33,066 bases of DNA from Candidatus Nanoarchaeia archaeon (GTDB lineage: Archaea; Nanobdellota; Nanobdellia; Pacearchaeales; GW2011-AR1), in NCBI GenBank assembly GCA_041484115.1, contig JBGPHA010000002.1, positions 1 to 33,066 on the forward strand. The letters run 5' to 3'. The translations under genes were made by a program, and so were the position numbers. Numbering within the stretch: position 1 is the first letter of the stretch; each line of letters starts with the position of its first letter. The notes beneath the pieces were generated by a model. It was not told the DNA's origin. It worked only from the letters and a program-made list of their open reading frames with translations, and searched no databases. Shown here piece by piece: positions 1 through 8,484 of the stretch.

Positions 1-84
1 ATAAAGACTCTTACTTGGGTAATGGTTGGGGTAGCTTGTTTGACTTTTCTGGTAGCAATGTTAAATTTTCCTTTCGTGCAAGAA

Positions 85-558
85 TTAATAATGCACGGGA
101 TTAAACCTTAAATTCGTGCAAAGCCGTATAAACAATCTTTCTCTATACCTCTTCAAAAAATCAGGGAACTGAGAATGTGTTGGGGAAGGGATATTTTCAG
201 GAGTAAACCATCCAATTTCATCAAATTTATGAGGTTCCCCATTAGTTACAATTCTTTTGTCAACTAAAACTTTAAAATCAAGGCCTATCCAATGGGTTGG
301 TTTTCCAGCATCTTGTCTATGGACATCTCTATAGCCTAAAAATTCATAGCTTAAAATATCTGTTGTATATTCTTGTAAAATTTCTGTTCTTAATCTTCCT
401 TCAACATTTTCCCCTATTTCAAGCGCTCCTGCACCAATATCCCATCTGCCATGCTCATCTCTTGCGTTTTTTCCTCTCTTTTGCATTAAAAAATTCCCAT
501 TTCCATCATGACAAAAATAGACTAGACTCACTCCAATACAATCTTTCCCTTTAATCAT
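85..558 (-). CDS. NUDIX-family hydrolase
   Basis: 157-aa ORF starting at ATG 558. It has a Nudix-box-like segment RWDIGAGALEIGENVEGRLRTEILQEY and the size of a single-domain Nudix enzyme. Confidence 0.7.
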   Translation of the reverse strand: MIKGKDCIGVSLVYFCHDGNGNFLMQKRGKNARDEHGRWDIGAGALEIGENVEGRLRTEILQEYTTDILSYEFLGYRDVHRQDAGKPTHWIGLDFKVLVDKRIVTNGEPHKFDEIGWFTPENIPSPTHSQFPDFLKRYRERLFIRLCTNLRFNPVHY

Positions 559-605
559 TTTATTTACAAATTTTAATTATTTATAAGAATTATTCTGTTC
601 TAAAG

Positions 606-1166
606 CTATTTTCCCAATCCTTTTTCCAAAGCCCGATACTCATGGAGTTTTCCTAATTTTTTGTACAGTTCGAGAAGTTTTTCCTTGATTTCCATTCTTT
701 CCAACTCAGAAACCCTCATCTCCAGAATCTTTTCATAGAATTTTACCGCCTGGTTTCTTCTTAGCTCGCTTTCACAGGCTTTTGCCTGTTCCTTGTAAAA
801 CATCTTTACAGAGGCATAGATATCTTCTTTTTCCTTGGAATTTGCCTGACCAATGGCTTTTTTCATAGCATTCTCTACTCGGTCAAAAGCCCCTGATTTT
901 ACATAAAGCTCTGCCTCTTTCATGTAATTTTTTATTTTTTCCGTGAAAGCCATTGAAAGCTCTGCAGCGTTGCCATACATCTTTGCACCATCATTTAACA
1001 TTTTTGCTTTTTCATATAAGACAGCAAGTTTGAGAAAAACAAATTTCTTTGTATCCATCGCTATTTGCTCTTTAAGAAATCTGCTCAGGTTGTCTATCTG
1101 AACAAAGTCCCCCTTTCCTTTAAGCTCCTGTTCTATCTCTGTTTTGGTCATGCTTGGATTTAACAT
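606..1166 (-). CDS. hypothetical Lys/Glu-rich all-helical protein (TPR-like?)
   Basis: The ORF is open up to 1184, but that codon is TTG. The first ATGs are at 1166 and 1151. No family recognised. Confidence 0.5.
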   Translation of the reverse strand: MLNPSMTKTEIEQELKGKGDFVQIDNLSRFLKEQIAMDTKKFVFLKLAVLYEKAKMLNDGAKMYGNAAELSMAFTEKIKNYMKEAELYVKSGAFDRVENAMKKAIGQANSKEKEDIYASVKMFYKEQAKACESELRRNQAVKFYEKILEMRVSELERMEIKEKLLELYKKLGKLHEYRALEKGLGK

Positions 1167-1197
1167 ATAGAATATAATCAGCAAGAGTATTTAAGAA

Positions 1198-1509
1198 TTA
1201 TTGTGAAATTATTCTTGAGATATCTACTGGAGAAAGAGCGTCCATAAATTCATGTTCAAGCATAGCATTCTCGAGATTTTTTCTAGAATCAAGTTTCTCT
1301 CCACCTAAGCTAGCAAAAAATTCCATCATACTCATAGGAAGAGCTGCATTTCTAGTTATTTCTAAATAGATCAAATAGTTATCTGGATCTGCTATTTCAT
1401 ATCTTGTACTTGATGATTCTGAAGAAAAAGATTCTTTTAAGTAATTTTCTAGCTCATCACATCTATCTCTAGGAAAAACATAATAATTTGTGTAAATTTC
1501 AGGAGCCAT
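1198..1509 (-). CDS. hypothetical acidic protein, 103 aa
   Basis: Clean ATG-to-stop ORF in the same orientation as its neighbours, 13-30 nt upstream of the next gene. No family recognised. Confidence 0.45.
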   Translation of the reverse strand: MAPEIYTNYYVFPRDRCDELENYLKESFSSESSSTRYEIADPDNYLIYLEITRNAALPMSMMEFFASLGGEKLDSRKNLENAMLEHEFMDALSPVDISRIISQ

Positions 1510-1605
1510 TTTCTATACTAAAGAAATTTTGAGGGTTTAAAAAGTTAATTACAATTCAGAAGCAATTTCCCTCATTTTTATAGAATAAAACGATAAAAAA
1601 GAATT

Positions 1606-2892
1606 TTAACTCTTTTTCTTAACAATCTCATTGCAGATTCCTGCTGCGACTGTTGAACCAGCATCCCTTACTGCAAATCTGCTCATGTAAGGATTCTCTT
1701 TCTGAGTTTCTAGGCAGAGATTTCCCTGGGGTTTTATTCTTACCCTTGCAGAATCCCCGTTTTTCAAAAAATCAGGATTTTTCTTTATAACTTCTCCACT
1801 TCTTGGGTCTATTTGCTCAATCAATTCTATAAATTGGCAAGGAACTTGTGCAGTGTGAACATGGAAAACAGGGGTATAACCCTTAGCCAAAACTGTTGGG
1901 TGATTTATGACTGTTATTGTTGCAATGAACTCTTCAACAACATGTGAAGGTCTTGCAGCCTCGCAAATTACATCGCCACGTGCTATGTCTTTCTTTCCAA
2001 CACCTCTTACATTGATTCCTACATTATCTCCTGCAATTGCTTCGGGAAGAGTTTCATGATGCATCTCTATTGTTTTGACTTCTCCTTCAACACCTTTCCC
2101 TGTTCTTCCGGGAAGGACTATTACTTTTTGTCCGACTTTCATTATTCCTGTTTCTATTTTTCCAACAGGAACAGTTCCAATCCCTGTAATTTCATAAACA
2201 TCCTGAACAGGCATTCTCATAGGCAAGTTTGTTGGAAGCTGAGGCTGAGGGAAAGAATCAAACTGCTCTAGGATTGTTGGTCCTTTGTACCATGGCATGT
2301 TTGTAGATTTCTTTGCAACATTATCTCCCTTTAATCCTGAACATGCGATGAAAGGGGTTGTCTCTGGATTTATTCCAACACCATGAAGTAATTTTCCAAC
2401 TTCTTCCTTTACTTTGTTGAACTTGTCTTCCTTATATTCTACAGCATCCATCTTGTTTATAGCTACTGCAACATTCTTTACTCCCATTGTCCTCAAAAGC
2501 CAGAGGTGCTCTGTAGTCTGTGGCTGAACTCCTGCAGGAGCAGCAATTACAAGGAAAGCGCTGTCTGCTTGGGAGGCACCAGTAATCATGTTCTTGACGA
2601 AGTCCCTGTGACCTGGAGCATCAATTATTGTGATCTGGAATTTCTGTGTAAGAATTTTTCTATAGGCAAGATCAATTGTCACTCCTCTTTCTCTTTCCTC
2701 TTTGATTTTGTCCATTACATAGGCGAATTCAAAACCAATTTTTCCGTGTTTCTCAGCTTCCTGTCTGAGTTTTGTCATTTCCTGCTCAGAAACAAGACCT
2801 GTATCGAAAAGAAGTCTTCCTACTACGGTCGATTTTCCAGCATCGACGTGTCCGACGAAGACCACATTCATATTTGGTTTTTCTTTAGCCAT
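1606..2892 (-). CDS. tuf: translation elongation factor aEF-1 alpha
   Basis: GTPase motifs GHVDAGKST, DAPGH and NKMD. 428 aa, full-length similarity to EF-1alpha/EF-Tu. Confidence 0.97.
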   Translation of the reverse strand: MAKEKPNMNVVFVGHVDAGKSTVVGRLLFDTGLVSEQEMTKLRQEAEKHGKIGFEFAYVMDKIKEERERGVTIDLAYRKILTQKFQITIIDAPGHRDFVKNMITGASQADSAFLVIAAPAGVQPQTTEHLWLLRTMGVKNVAVAINKMDAVEYKEDKFNKVKEEVGKLLHGVGINPETTPFIACSGLKGDNVAKKSTNMPWYKGPTILEQFDSFPQPQLPTNLPMRMPVQDVYEITGIGTVPVGKIETGIMKVGQKVIVLPGRTGKGVEGEVKTIEMHHETLPEAIAGDNVGINVRGVGKKDIARGDVICEAARPSHVVEEFIATITVINHPTVLAKGYTPVFHVHTAQVPCQFIELIEQIDPRSGEVIKKNPDFLKNGDSARVRIKPQGNLCLETQKENPYMSRFAVRDAGSTVAAGICNEIVKKKS

Positions 2893-2963
2893 TTTTGTTT
2901 GAAAATTTTCGTTAGAAAATTTTAGTACTTATGTAAAAAAATTTACATTTAAAAATGTTTTGG

Positions 2964-3524
2964 TTAAGAATGTCCTTTCTTTTGAAATTTTTTAACTAAA
3001 AAAATACTCAAATCACTGATAAAATAACCGAGAATAAGTCCTGCTATCACATCACTCAAATAATGCATTCCAAGATAAACTCTGGAGAACATTACTAAAA
3101 CTGTTATTGCTATCCAGAAATATAAAAATATCCTGTTAAATTCAAAAAATTTAATCATAGAAGCTGTTGCTGTCGCATGCCCGCTTGGAAAACTCCTGTT
3201 TATGCCTGTTTCACCCAGGTTAGGATAATCAAATTTTGTGAAAGGTCGTGGCCTGGCAATTACTACTTTGACAAACTCGGTTATTCCAAGGAAAAGAACA
3301 ACCGTTAGCAATAATGGAAGAATCTTATTTTTTTGCTTAAAGACAAGTAAAATTATCAGTACGAATGCAAAAAATATGTAAAACTCTATGTTATGGATGA
3401 ATATTGCCAAACCATCAAAAAATGGCAATTTGTTATTCACAAAAAAATTCGCTATGCTCTTATCAAGGAAAAATGAAATTATTAAAAGAAATATTCCGAC
3501 GAGATAATAATGAATCCTCTTCAT
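2964..3524 (-). CDS. PAP2-family membrane phosphatase (lipid/undecaprenyl-type phosphate phosphatase)
   Basis: All three PAP2 motifs are present: KVVIARPRP, PSGH and SRVYLGMHYLSDV. Multiple hydrophobic helices. Confidence 0.85.
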   Translation of the reverse strand: MKRIHYYLVGIFLLIISFFLDKSIANFFVNNKLPFFDGLAIFIHNIEFYIFFAFVLIILLVFKQKNKILPLLLTVVLFLGITEFVKVVIARPRPFTKFDYPNLGETGINRSFPSGHATATASMIKFFEFNRIFLYFWIAITVLVMFSRVYLGMHYLSDVIAGLILGYFISDLSIFLVKKFQKKGHS

Positions 3525-3554
3525 ATAGCCAAGAATTTCTATTAATTTAAATAA

Positions 3555-5744
3555 CTACTGATTTTCTGATAAACCTTTCCTGCTTCTTATATTTCTTATA
3601 ATATCTTGCTGAAGACTTGCAGGAACTTTCTCGAAACTCTGGTCTTTCAGGGAGCTTGTTCCTCTTCCTTCTGTTGCACTTCTTAAATCAGAACTCCATC
3701 CAATCATTTCTGCAACAGGAAGCTTTGCTTCCATCTCTGCCTGTCCATCTTCGTGTTTTACCTCGAGCATCTGCCCTCTCTTGCTATTAACGAGTTTTGT
3801 AACAGCGCTGAGGAATTTATCAGGCATTTCAATAACATGGATTTGCAATGGTTCGAGAAGATAGGAATTTCCTTTTTTCATAGCTTCTGTAATAGATTCT
3901 CTGACAGCAGGATAAACCTGAGCAGGACCACGATGGATTGCATCTTCGTGAAGCTTTATGTCCGCGAGTGAGACTTTCATTTTCATGCAGGGTTCACGGG
4001 CCATCGGCCCTTGATCAACTACCATCTCGAAAGCATCCAAGACCATTTCAATGACTTCTCCTATATGGACTTCTCCTCTTGTTTCATCCATAAATACGTT
4101 TCCTTTGTAAATATCTCTGACATTTCTTATAGAATCACCTGACCATCCGAGCTTTGAAAGAACGGTGAATAATTCATCGCTTTTTTTCTTTATTCTTCCC
4201 TCACGCAATTCTCCAGATTTTATTGCAGCATAAATATTGTCTTCCAATGGTTGCACACTTATGAAAAAGCTGTTGTGCTTGTTTGGACTTCTTCCTTCAA
4301 CAGCTGGAGATTCTTTTCCTATTGTTTCTCTGTAAACTATTATAGGTTCAGAAGTTTTAACATCGAGTCCTTTCTCTGTCTTTATTCTGTTTTCAATTAT
4401 CTCAAGGTGTAATTCACCCATTCCTGAGATAAGGGATTCGCCAGTTTGCTCGTTAATCTCTATTTTTATAGAAGGATCTTCTTTAGCAACTTTTTTCAGA
4501 ATTTCCACTAGTTTAGGAAGATCAGCTGTTTTCTTTACTTCAATCGCTTTTGTTATTACCGGCTCAAATATGTGCTTGAGTTCTTCAAAAGGTGTTTCAG
4601 GAGCAAGCGTTATAGTTTCTCCTGCTTCACCAGTTACCCCCGATATTGCGAGAACATTTCCAGGACCAATCTCTTCTATCTGCTCTGGCCTCACTCCGTT
4701 ATAAATGAACAACTGTTGTATTTTCTGTTTTTTCTTTGCTAGATTAAGATAAACTTCTGTCCCTGTTTTTAATGTTCCCGAGAATAATCTTCCCGCAGAA
4801 ATTTCCTTGCTGCTTTTCGGCTCAATTACAATTCTTGTAATAACAAAAGCAACTTTTCCTTCAGGATCGCAAGATATGAGTGCTTTTCCAAGGTCTGAGT
4901 CAATTTCTCCGTGCCAGATTTTTGGAATTCTGTATTTCTGTGCTTCTACAGGACCTGGCAAATGTTTTACTACCATATCTAGAAGAACCTCGTAAAGAGG
5001 AGCATTTTTCCAGACCCATAATTTTTTTTCTTCTTCATTCATTTCGTAAAGCTTGAATATATCTTTGAAGGTGATTCCTTTCTTTTGCATGAAAGGCACA
5101 GATAGCGCCCAATTTTCACGAGCTGATCCAAAAGCAACGCTTCCATCTTTTATATCAACTGCCCATTTTTCTTTAAAATCCTGATCTGCAATCTTTCTTA
5201 TCAGTTCGTTAAATTCATGAAAAATATCTATGAATCTCTGCTGCATTTGTTCTGGAGTTAATTTCAATTCTTTTATCAGTCTGTCAACTTTGTTTATGAA
5301 TAAAACCGGCTTAACTCTTTCTCTAAGAGCCTGTTTTATTACAGTTTCTGTTTGGGGCATTATTCCTTCGACAGCGCAGACAAGGACAATTGTTCCATCG
5401 ATAGCTCTCATAGCTCTTGTAACATTTCCGGAAAAATCGACATGTCCTGGAGTATCAATAAGATTAATCAGATATTCTGCGCCATGAAAGTCGTGAACCA
5501 TAGAAACATTTGCAGCATCGACTGTCATCAATCTTTCCTGCTCATCTAAGTGCTGCCAGGTTGCCATTCCAGCTTCAAGGCTTCCTGCAGATTTTGCAGC
5601 CATGTGACCGGAAGCAGCCAAAAGATTGTCTGTCAATGCAGTTTTTCCATGATGAATATGCGCACTAGTAGCGATATTACGAATATGTTTTTGGTCTTTG
5701 CTGATTCTTTTTATCTTATCGAACTGTGTTTCTTTTTCAGCCAT
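3555..5744 (-). CDS. fusA: translation elongation factor aEF-2
   Basis: AHIHHGKT, DTPGH and NKVD GTPase motifs. Diphthamide-loop HEDAIHRGPAQ. 729 aa. Confidence 0.97.
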   Translation of the reverse strand: MAEKETQFDKIKRISKDQKHIRNIATSAHIHHGKTALTDNLLAASGHMAAKSAGSLEAGMATWQHLDEQERLMTVDAANVSMVHDFHGAEYLINLIDTPGHVDFSGNVTRAMRAIDGTIVLVCAVEGIMPQTETVIKQALRERVKPVLFINKVDRLIKELKLTPEQMQQRFIDIFHEFNELIRKIADQDFKEKWAVDIKDGSVAFGSARENWALSVPFMQKKGITFKDIFKLYEMNEEEKKLWVWKNAPLYEVLLDMVVKHLPGPVEAQKYRIPKIWHGEIDSDLGKALISCDPEGKVAFVITRIVIEPKSSKEISAGRLFSGTLKTGTEVYLNLAKKKQKIQQLFIYNGVRPEQIEEIGPGNVLAISGVTGEAGETITLAPETPFEELKHIFEPVITKAIEVKKTADLPKLVEILKKVAKEDPSIKIEINEQTGESLISGMGELHLEIIENRIKTEKGLDVKTSEPIIVYRETIGKESPAVEGRSPNKHNSFFISVQPLEDNIYAAIKSGELREGRIKKKSDELFTVLSKLGWSGDSIRNVRDIYKGNVFMDETRGEVHIGEVIEMVLDAFEMVVDQGPMAREPCMKMKVSLADIKLHEDAIHRGPAQVYPAVRESITEAMKKGNSYLLEPLQIHVIEMPDKFLSAVTKLVNSKRGQMLEVKHEDGQAEMEAKLPVAEMIGWSSDLRSATEGRGTSSLKDQSFEKVPASLQQDIIRNIRSRKGLSENQ

Positions 5745-5798
5745 TTTATAGAATATTACATCAAGAAAAAAATTGTTTTTAAATATTTGGTAGAAAAA

Positions 5799-6023
5799 TT
5801 AAAGTCCGCCTTCAAGTCTTTTTCTAAGGTTAATAGTCCTAGGATCTACTCTTAATCTTTCCATAACTTTGTTTGGGACTTGATCATACAAACATTCGAA
5901 GAGCTCAGCCAATCCGTCTGCAGCTTGTCTGAGATTATAATTCTCACTTGCCCTTGCAATAAATTTTATCTCTTTATATGCTCCTAGATGATTAGGCAAC
6001 TCAATTTCTATGTTTCTTTTCAT
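5799..6023 (-). CDS. hypothetical 74-aa protein, possibly ribbon-helix-helix-like
   Basis: ATG ORF with a TATA-like TTTTTATAAATATA about 25-30 nt upstream. The N-terminus KRNIEIELPNHL followed by two predicted helices resembles an RHH layout. Tentative. Confidence 0.4.
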   Translation of the reverse strand: MKRNIEIELPNHLGAYKEIKFIARASENYNLRQAADGLAELFECLYDQVPNKVMERLRVDPRTINLRKRLEGGL

Positions 6024-6068
6024 AAAAATTGAATTGAATCTATATTTATAAAAATTATTGTGCTAAAA

Positions 6069-6686
6069 TTAACGAGCAGAATCTGCCTGTTTTTCTGACT
6101 CTATCTTCTTCCTTACTGCAAAACTTTCCCCGTTTTCTTCAGAAGCAAGAACTATTTCCTCTGCGAGAGCTTGCGAAATGCTTTTCTTTTTGTTGAATGC
6201 TTTATCTGAAGCTCCATGAACCAAATGCTTGACGGCAAGGTTCACTCGCCTCATAGGAGAGACATCGACTGCTTGGGGGTACCTTGCGCCACCATATTCT
6301 ATTACTGTTACCTCATCTCTCGGCGCTGACTTTTCAACTGCTTTCAAAAAAACAATTACAGGATTTTTCCCCGTCTTTTTTTCTATCATCTTGAAAGATT
6401 CTAAAACAATCAGAGCATTTCTTGAATATTTTCCTGTCGAAGTCCCCAAAATTATCTTGTGCTTTTTTCCCCTGTGTCCTGAAACACCAAGTCTGTTGAT
6501 GAGCCTTTCTACGAGATTTACTTTTGCCTGCCCAAATTTCTGGACATTTCTTCCATGGCTCTTTAAAATTAGCTTAGGTTTAAGGCTTATCACGTTTTTT
6601 AGACCAGGATCTTCTATGTTTATATTTTCCAGATCATACAGATCAAAAATCTTGAATTTAATGGGCTCTTTTTCTTCCATTTCCAT
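6069..6686 (-). CDS. rps7: 30S ribosomal protein uS7
   Basis: Full-length similarity to archaeal S7 (GKKHK..., YGGARYPQAVDVSPMRR, FAVRKKIESEKQADSAR). ATGs occur at 6698, 6686 and 6680. GGAGG at 6691-6695 (minus sense) favours 6686 or 6680. Confidence 0.93.
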   Translation of the reverse strand: MEMEEKEPIKFKIFDLYDLENINIEDPGLKNVISLKPKLILKSHGRNVQKFGQAKVNLVERLINRLGVSGHRGKKHKIILGTSTGKYSRNALIVLESFKMIEKKTGKNPVIVFLKAVEKSAPRDEVTVIEYGGARYPQAVDVSPMRRVNLAVKHLVHGASDKAFNKKKSISQALAEEIVLASEENGESFAVRKKIESEKQADSAR

Positions 6687-6966
6687 TTTGCCTCCCATTT
6701 CTTCTTGTCATTATTACTTCCCCATCACAAACAACTGATACAGAAAGTCCGCCTCTTCCATATAATCTTTCTACGAGATGGCCAACCTGTTCTTTTGTCA
6801 TCATACCTTTGATTCTGGAAGAAGGGGTATATGGTAATCCAAATACCTCTTTTATTTCCCTTCCATTAGCTGAACTGAGTTGCTTAACATCCAAATTTTG
6901 TGGGACATATTTAAACACTCTAGATTCACTAAACAATCCCTGATTAACATAAAAAGAATATTGCAT
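6658..6966 (-). CDS. hypothetical 102-aa protein with a basic tail, inserted between rps12 and rps7
   Basis: Its ATG lies 2 nt after the S12 stop, and its 3' end overlaps the S7 start by 23-41 nt in another frame. No family recognised. Confidence 0.55.
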   Translation of the reverse strand: MQYSFYVNQGLFSESRVFKYVPQNLDVKQLSSANGREIKEVFGLPYTPSSRIKGMMTKEQVGHLVERLYGRGGLSVSVVCDGEVIMTRRNGRQNGNGRKRAH

Positions 6967-6968
6967 TT

Positions 6969-7391
6969 TTATCTTCTACCTTTCTCCAATTTTCCAAGCC
7001 ACAGTAAATGCAGCGGCTGATCATTTACTTGTATAACCTGAAATCTTACACCTGGAATATCCCCCTTTGTTCTTCCCTGCTTTCCTCCGATTCTTTCAAT
7101 AAGGACCTCATCGTGTTCATCTATGAATTTTTGTGCCAGGTTTCCTGGGATAAAAGCAGTGACAATTTTTGAGTTCTTTTTCAATTGAACCTTGCAGCAT
7201 TTTCTCATGGCAGAGTTCGGCTGCTTCGCCTCTTTCTGAATTTTCTGAAGGACAATACCTTTTGCCTGGCTCGCTCCCTCGAGGGGATCTGCTTTGGCAT
7301 ACAGATTCAGAGTTTTCACTTTATATTTCCTATCTTTCCATCTGAATTTTTTTCTATTTTTCTTAAATTTTAATGCGTTTTTCAATCCCAT
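6969..7391 (-). CDS. rps12: 30S ribosomal protein uS12
   Basis: Conserved [15 protein letters not shown] and TAFIPG segments. 140 aa. Confidence 0.95.
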   Translation of the reverse strand: MGLKNALKFKKNRKKFRWKDRKYKVKTLNLYAKADPLEGASQAKGIVLQKIQKEAKQPNSAMRKCCKVQLKKNSKIVTAFIPGNLAQKFIDEHDEVLIERIGGKQGRTKGDIPGVRFQVIQVNDQPLHLLWLGKLEKGRR

Positions 7392-7488
7392 AATAATAGA
7401 ATTAGAAAATGGTTTTTAAATGTTTTCAGAAGACAATTTAGGAATATACTATCATAATATTATTAAATTGTTTAGCACTAATACTCAA

Positions 7489-7806
7489 ATGAAAGGAATA
7501 GTGAAGTATGCCATAATCAACTCTTTAGGAACAGCGATCTATATAACACTCATCGTATCTTTTATTTACTCATTAGGAAATTTTTTTCCAGGGCCAGATA
7601 AGAAGACAATCCTTATACCAGTTGCAATGCTGATGCTTTTCGTCTTTTCAGCAGCTGTTACAGGATTTCTAGTTTTGGGCCGCCCAGTAATTTGGTATTT
7701 GAACGGAAAAAAGAGAGAAGCTCTTTCATTACTCTTTTATACTTTAGGCATTTTTTTAATTATAATATTTATTGTTTTCTTTTTTCTTATCATACTGGTT
7801 AATTAG
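7489..7806 (+). CDS. hypothetical small membrane protein (about 3 TM)
   Basis: The ORF is open from ATG 7420, but the hydrophobic protein begins at ATG 7489 (MKGIVKYAI...). A TATTAAAT element sits about 25 nt upstream of 7489. Three long hydrophobic segments. Confidence 0.5.
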   Translation: MKGIVKYAIINSLGTAIYITLIVSFIYSLGNFFPGPDKKTILIPVAMLMLFVFSAAVTGFLVLGRPVIWYLNGKKREALSLLFYTLGIFLIIIFIVFFFLIILVN

Positions 7807-7848
7807 AAAAAGGATTTAATTTATATATTTCATTAACTATTCATTTTA

Positions 7849-7998
7849 ATGAAGAGGGTTGTGAGAAAGTGCATAAATAAAAAATGCAAAAATATTTTTG
7901 GTGTTATCCAATTAAAAGATAAAAAAGGTAAGGTAAAATGTCCTTTCTGTGGATATACTAACAAGTTGAGTAAAAAACAGATTAAAGAGTTCTCTTAA
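7849..7998 (+). CDS. 49-aa zinc-ribbon protein
   Basis: Hand-translated, below the ORF-track cutoff: MKRVVRKCINKKCKNIFGVIQLKDKKGKVKCPFCGYTNKLSKKQIKEFS. It has a CX4C...CX2C pattern, and TTTATATAT lies 20-28 nt upstream. The stop overlaps the nusA stop by 4 nt (convergent). Confidence 0.5.
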   Translation: MKRVVRKCINKKCKNIFGVIQLKDKKGKVKCPFCGYTNKLSKKQIKEFS

Positions 7999-8408
7999 GC
8001 AATCCTGAAGTCTCTCCCGAAAAAATCCATAACAATTCTTTGCATTTCAAACAACCTTCTTTTATTCCTACCTATTAATGAGGCCTTGTTTTTTCCTGCC
8101 ACAACAACTATTTCATTATCTTTTATTTCAAAACTTTTTATTGTTAAAGGGCTTATTATTGTTTTTATGAAGTTTCCAGCATCTTCAGCCCCACGAGGAG
8201 CAGCAATTACTCTTATTCTTTTTCCCAATATCTCACTAATTCTTCTTATGTTTCTTCCCCCATCTCCTAAAGCCCTTGAAACCAGCTGCTTTGGAACACA
8301 GAAAATTATATTTTCATTATACTTTAAACAGAAACGTGTTCTTACACCCGTAAAACTTTCAAATAGATTTAGATAACGCATCTCCTGCATGTCAATAATT
8401 TTCACCAT
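7995..8408 (-). CDS. nusA: archaeal NusA-like KH-domain transcription factor
   Basis: 137 aa with two KH-like GxxG segments (GDGGRNIRRI, IGRNKRRL). Canonical position downstream of rpoA. Confidence 0.85.
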   Translation of the reverse strand: MVKIIDMQEMRYLNLFESFTGVRTRFCLKYNENIIFCVPKQLVSRALGDGGRNIRRISEILGKRIRVIAAPRGAEDAGNFIKTIISPLTIKSFEIKDNEIVVVAGKNKASLIGRNKRRLFEMQRIVMDFFGRDFRIA

Positions 8409-8484
8409 TTTTTAAATATATAAGTTCAGATAATATTTAGTTATTATTAATACTTTTGTTTTTTAGAATTATTTGTCATCTAAA

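Noticed and set aside
1-84. A possible gene fragment running off the left edge of the window.
   Set aside because: A minus-strand frame is open to the edge, but no start codon or recognisable motif lies within the 84 nt, so nothing can be supported.
2506-2925. Plus-strand ORFs of 60-170 aa lying inside large minus-strand genes. Examples are 297-554, 2056-2271, 2506-2925, 6229-6738, 9187-9474, 12587-13018, 17603-17953, 18098-18697 and 20641-20976, along with the minus-strand ones inside lhr.
   Set aside because: They are antisense shadow ORFs of confidently identified genes. Their translations are low-complexity and Phe/Ser/Leu-rich, as is typical of the reverse frame of AT-rich coding DNA. 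No start signals or motifs support them.
5799-5830. The C-terminal ...RLEGGL of the 74-aa ORF as a ubiquitin/SAMP-like di-glycine modifier.
   Set aside because: The GG is followed by Leu rather than being terminal. The rest of the protein looks helical or RHH-like rather than beta-grasp. No E1-like (UbaA/MoeB) gene is nearby.
6658-6710. Possible programmed +1 frameshift fusing the 102-aa ORF to S7.
   Set aside because: The S7 frame is closed by a TGA at 6708-6710, only three codons upstream of the first S7 ATG. S7 is also full-length on its own with a GGAGG SD. Simple overlap and coupling is the better explanation.
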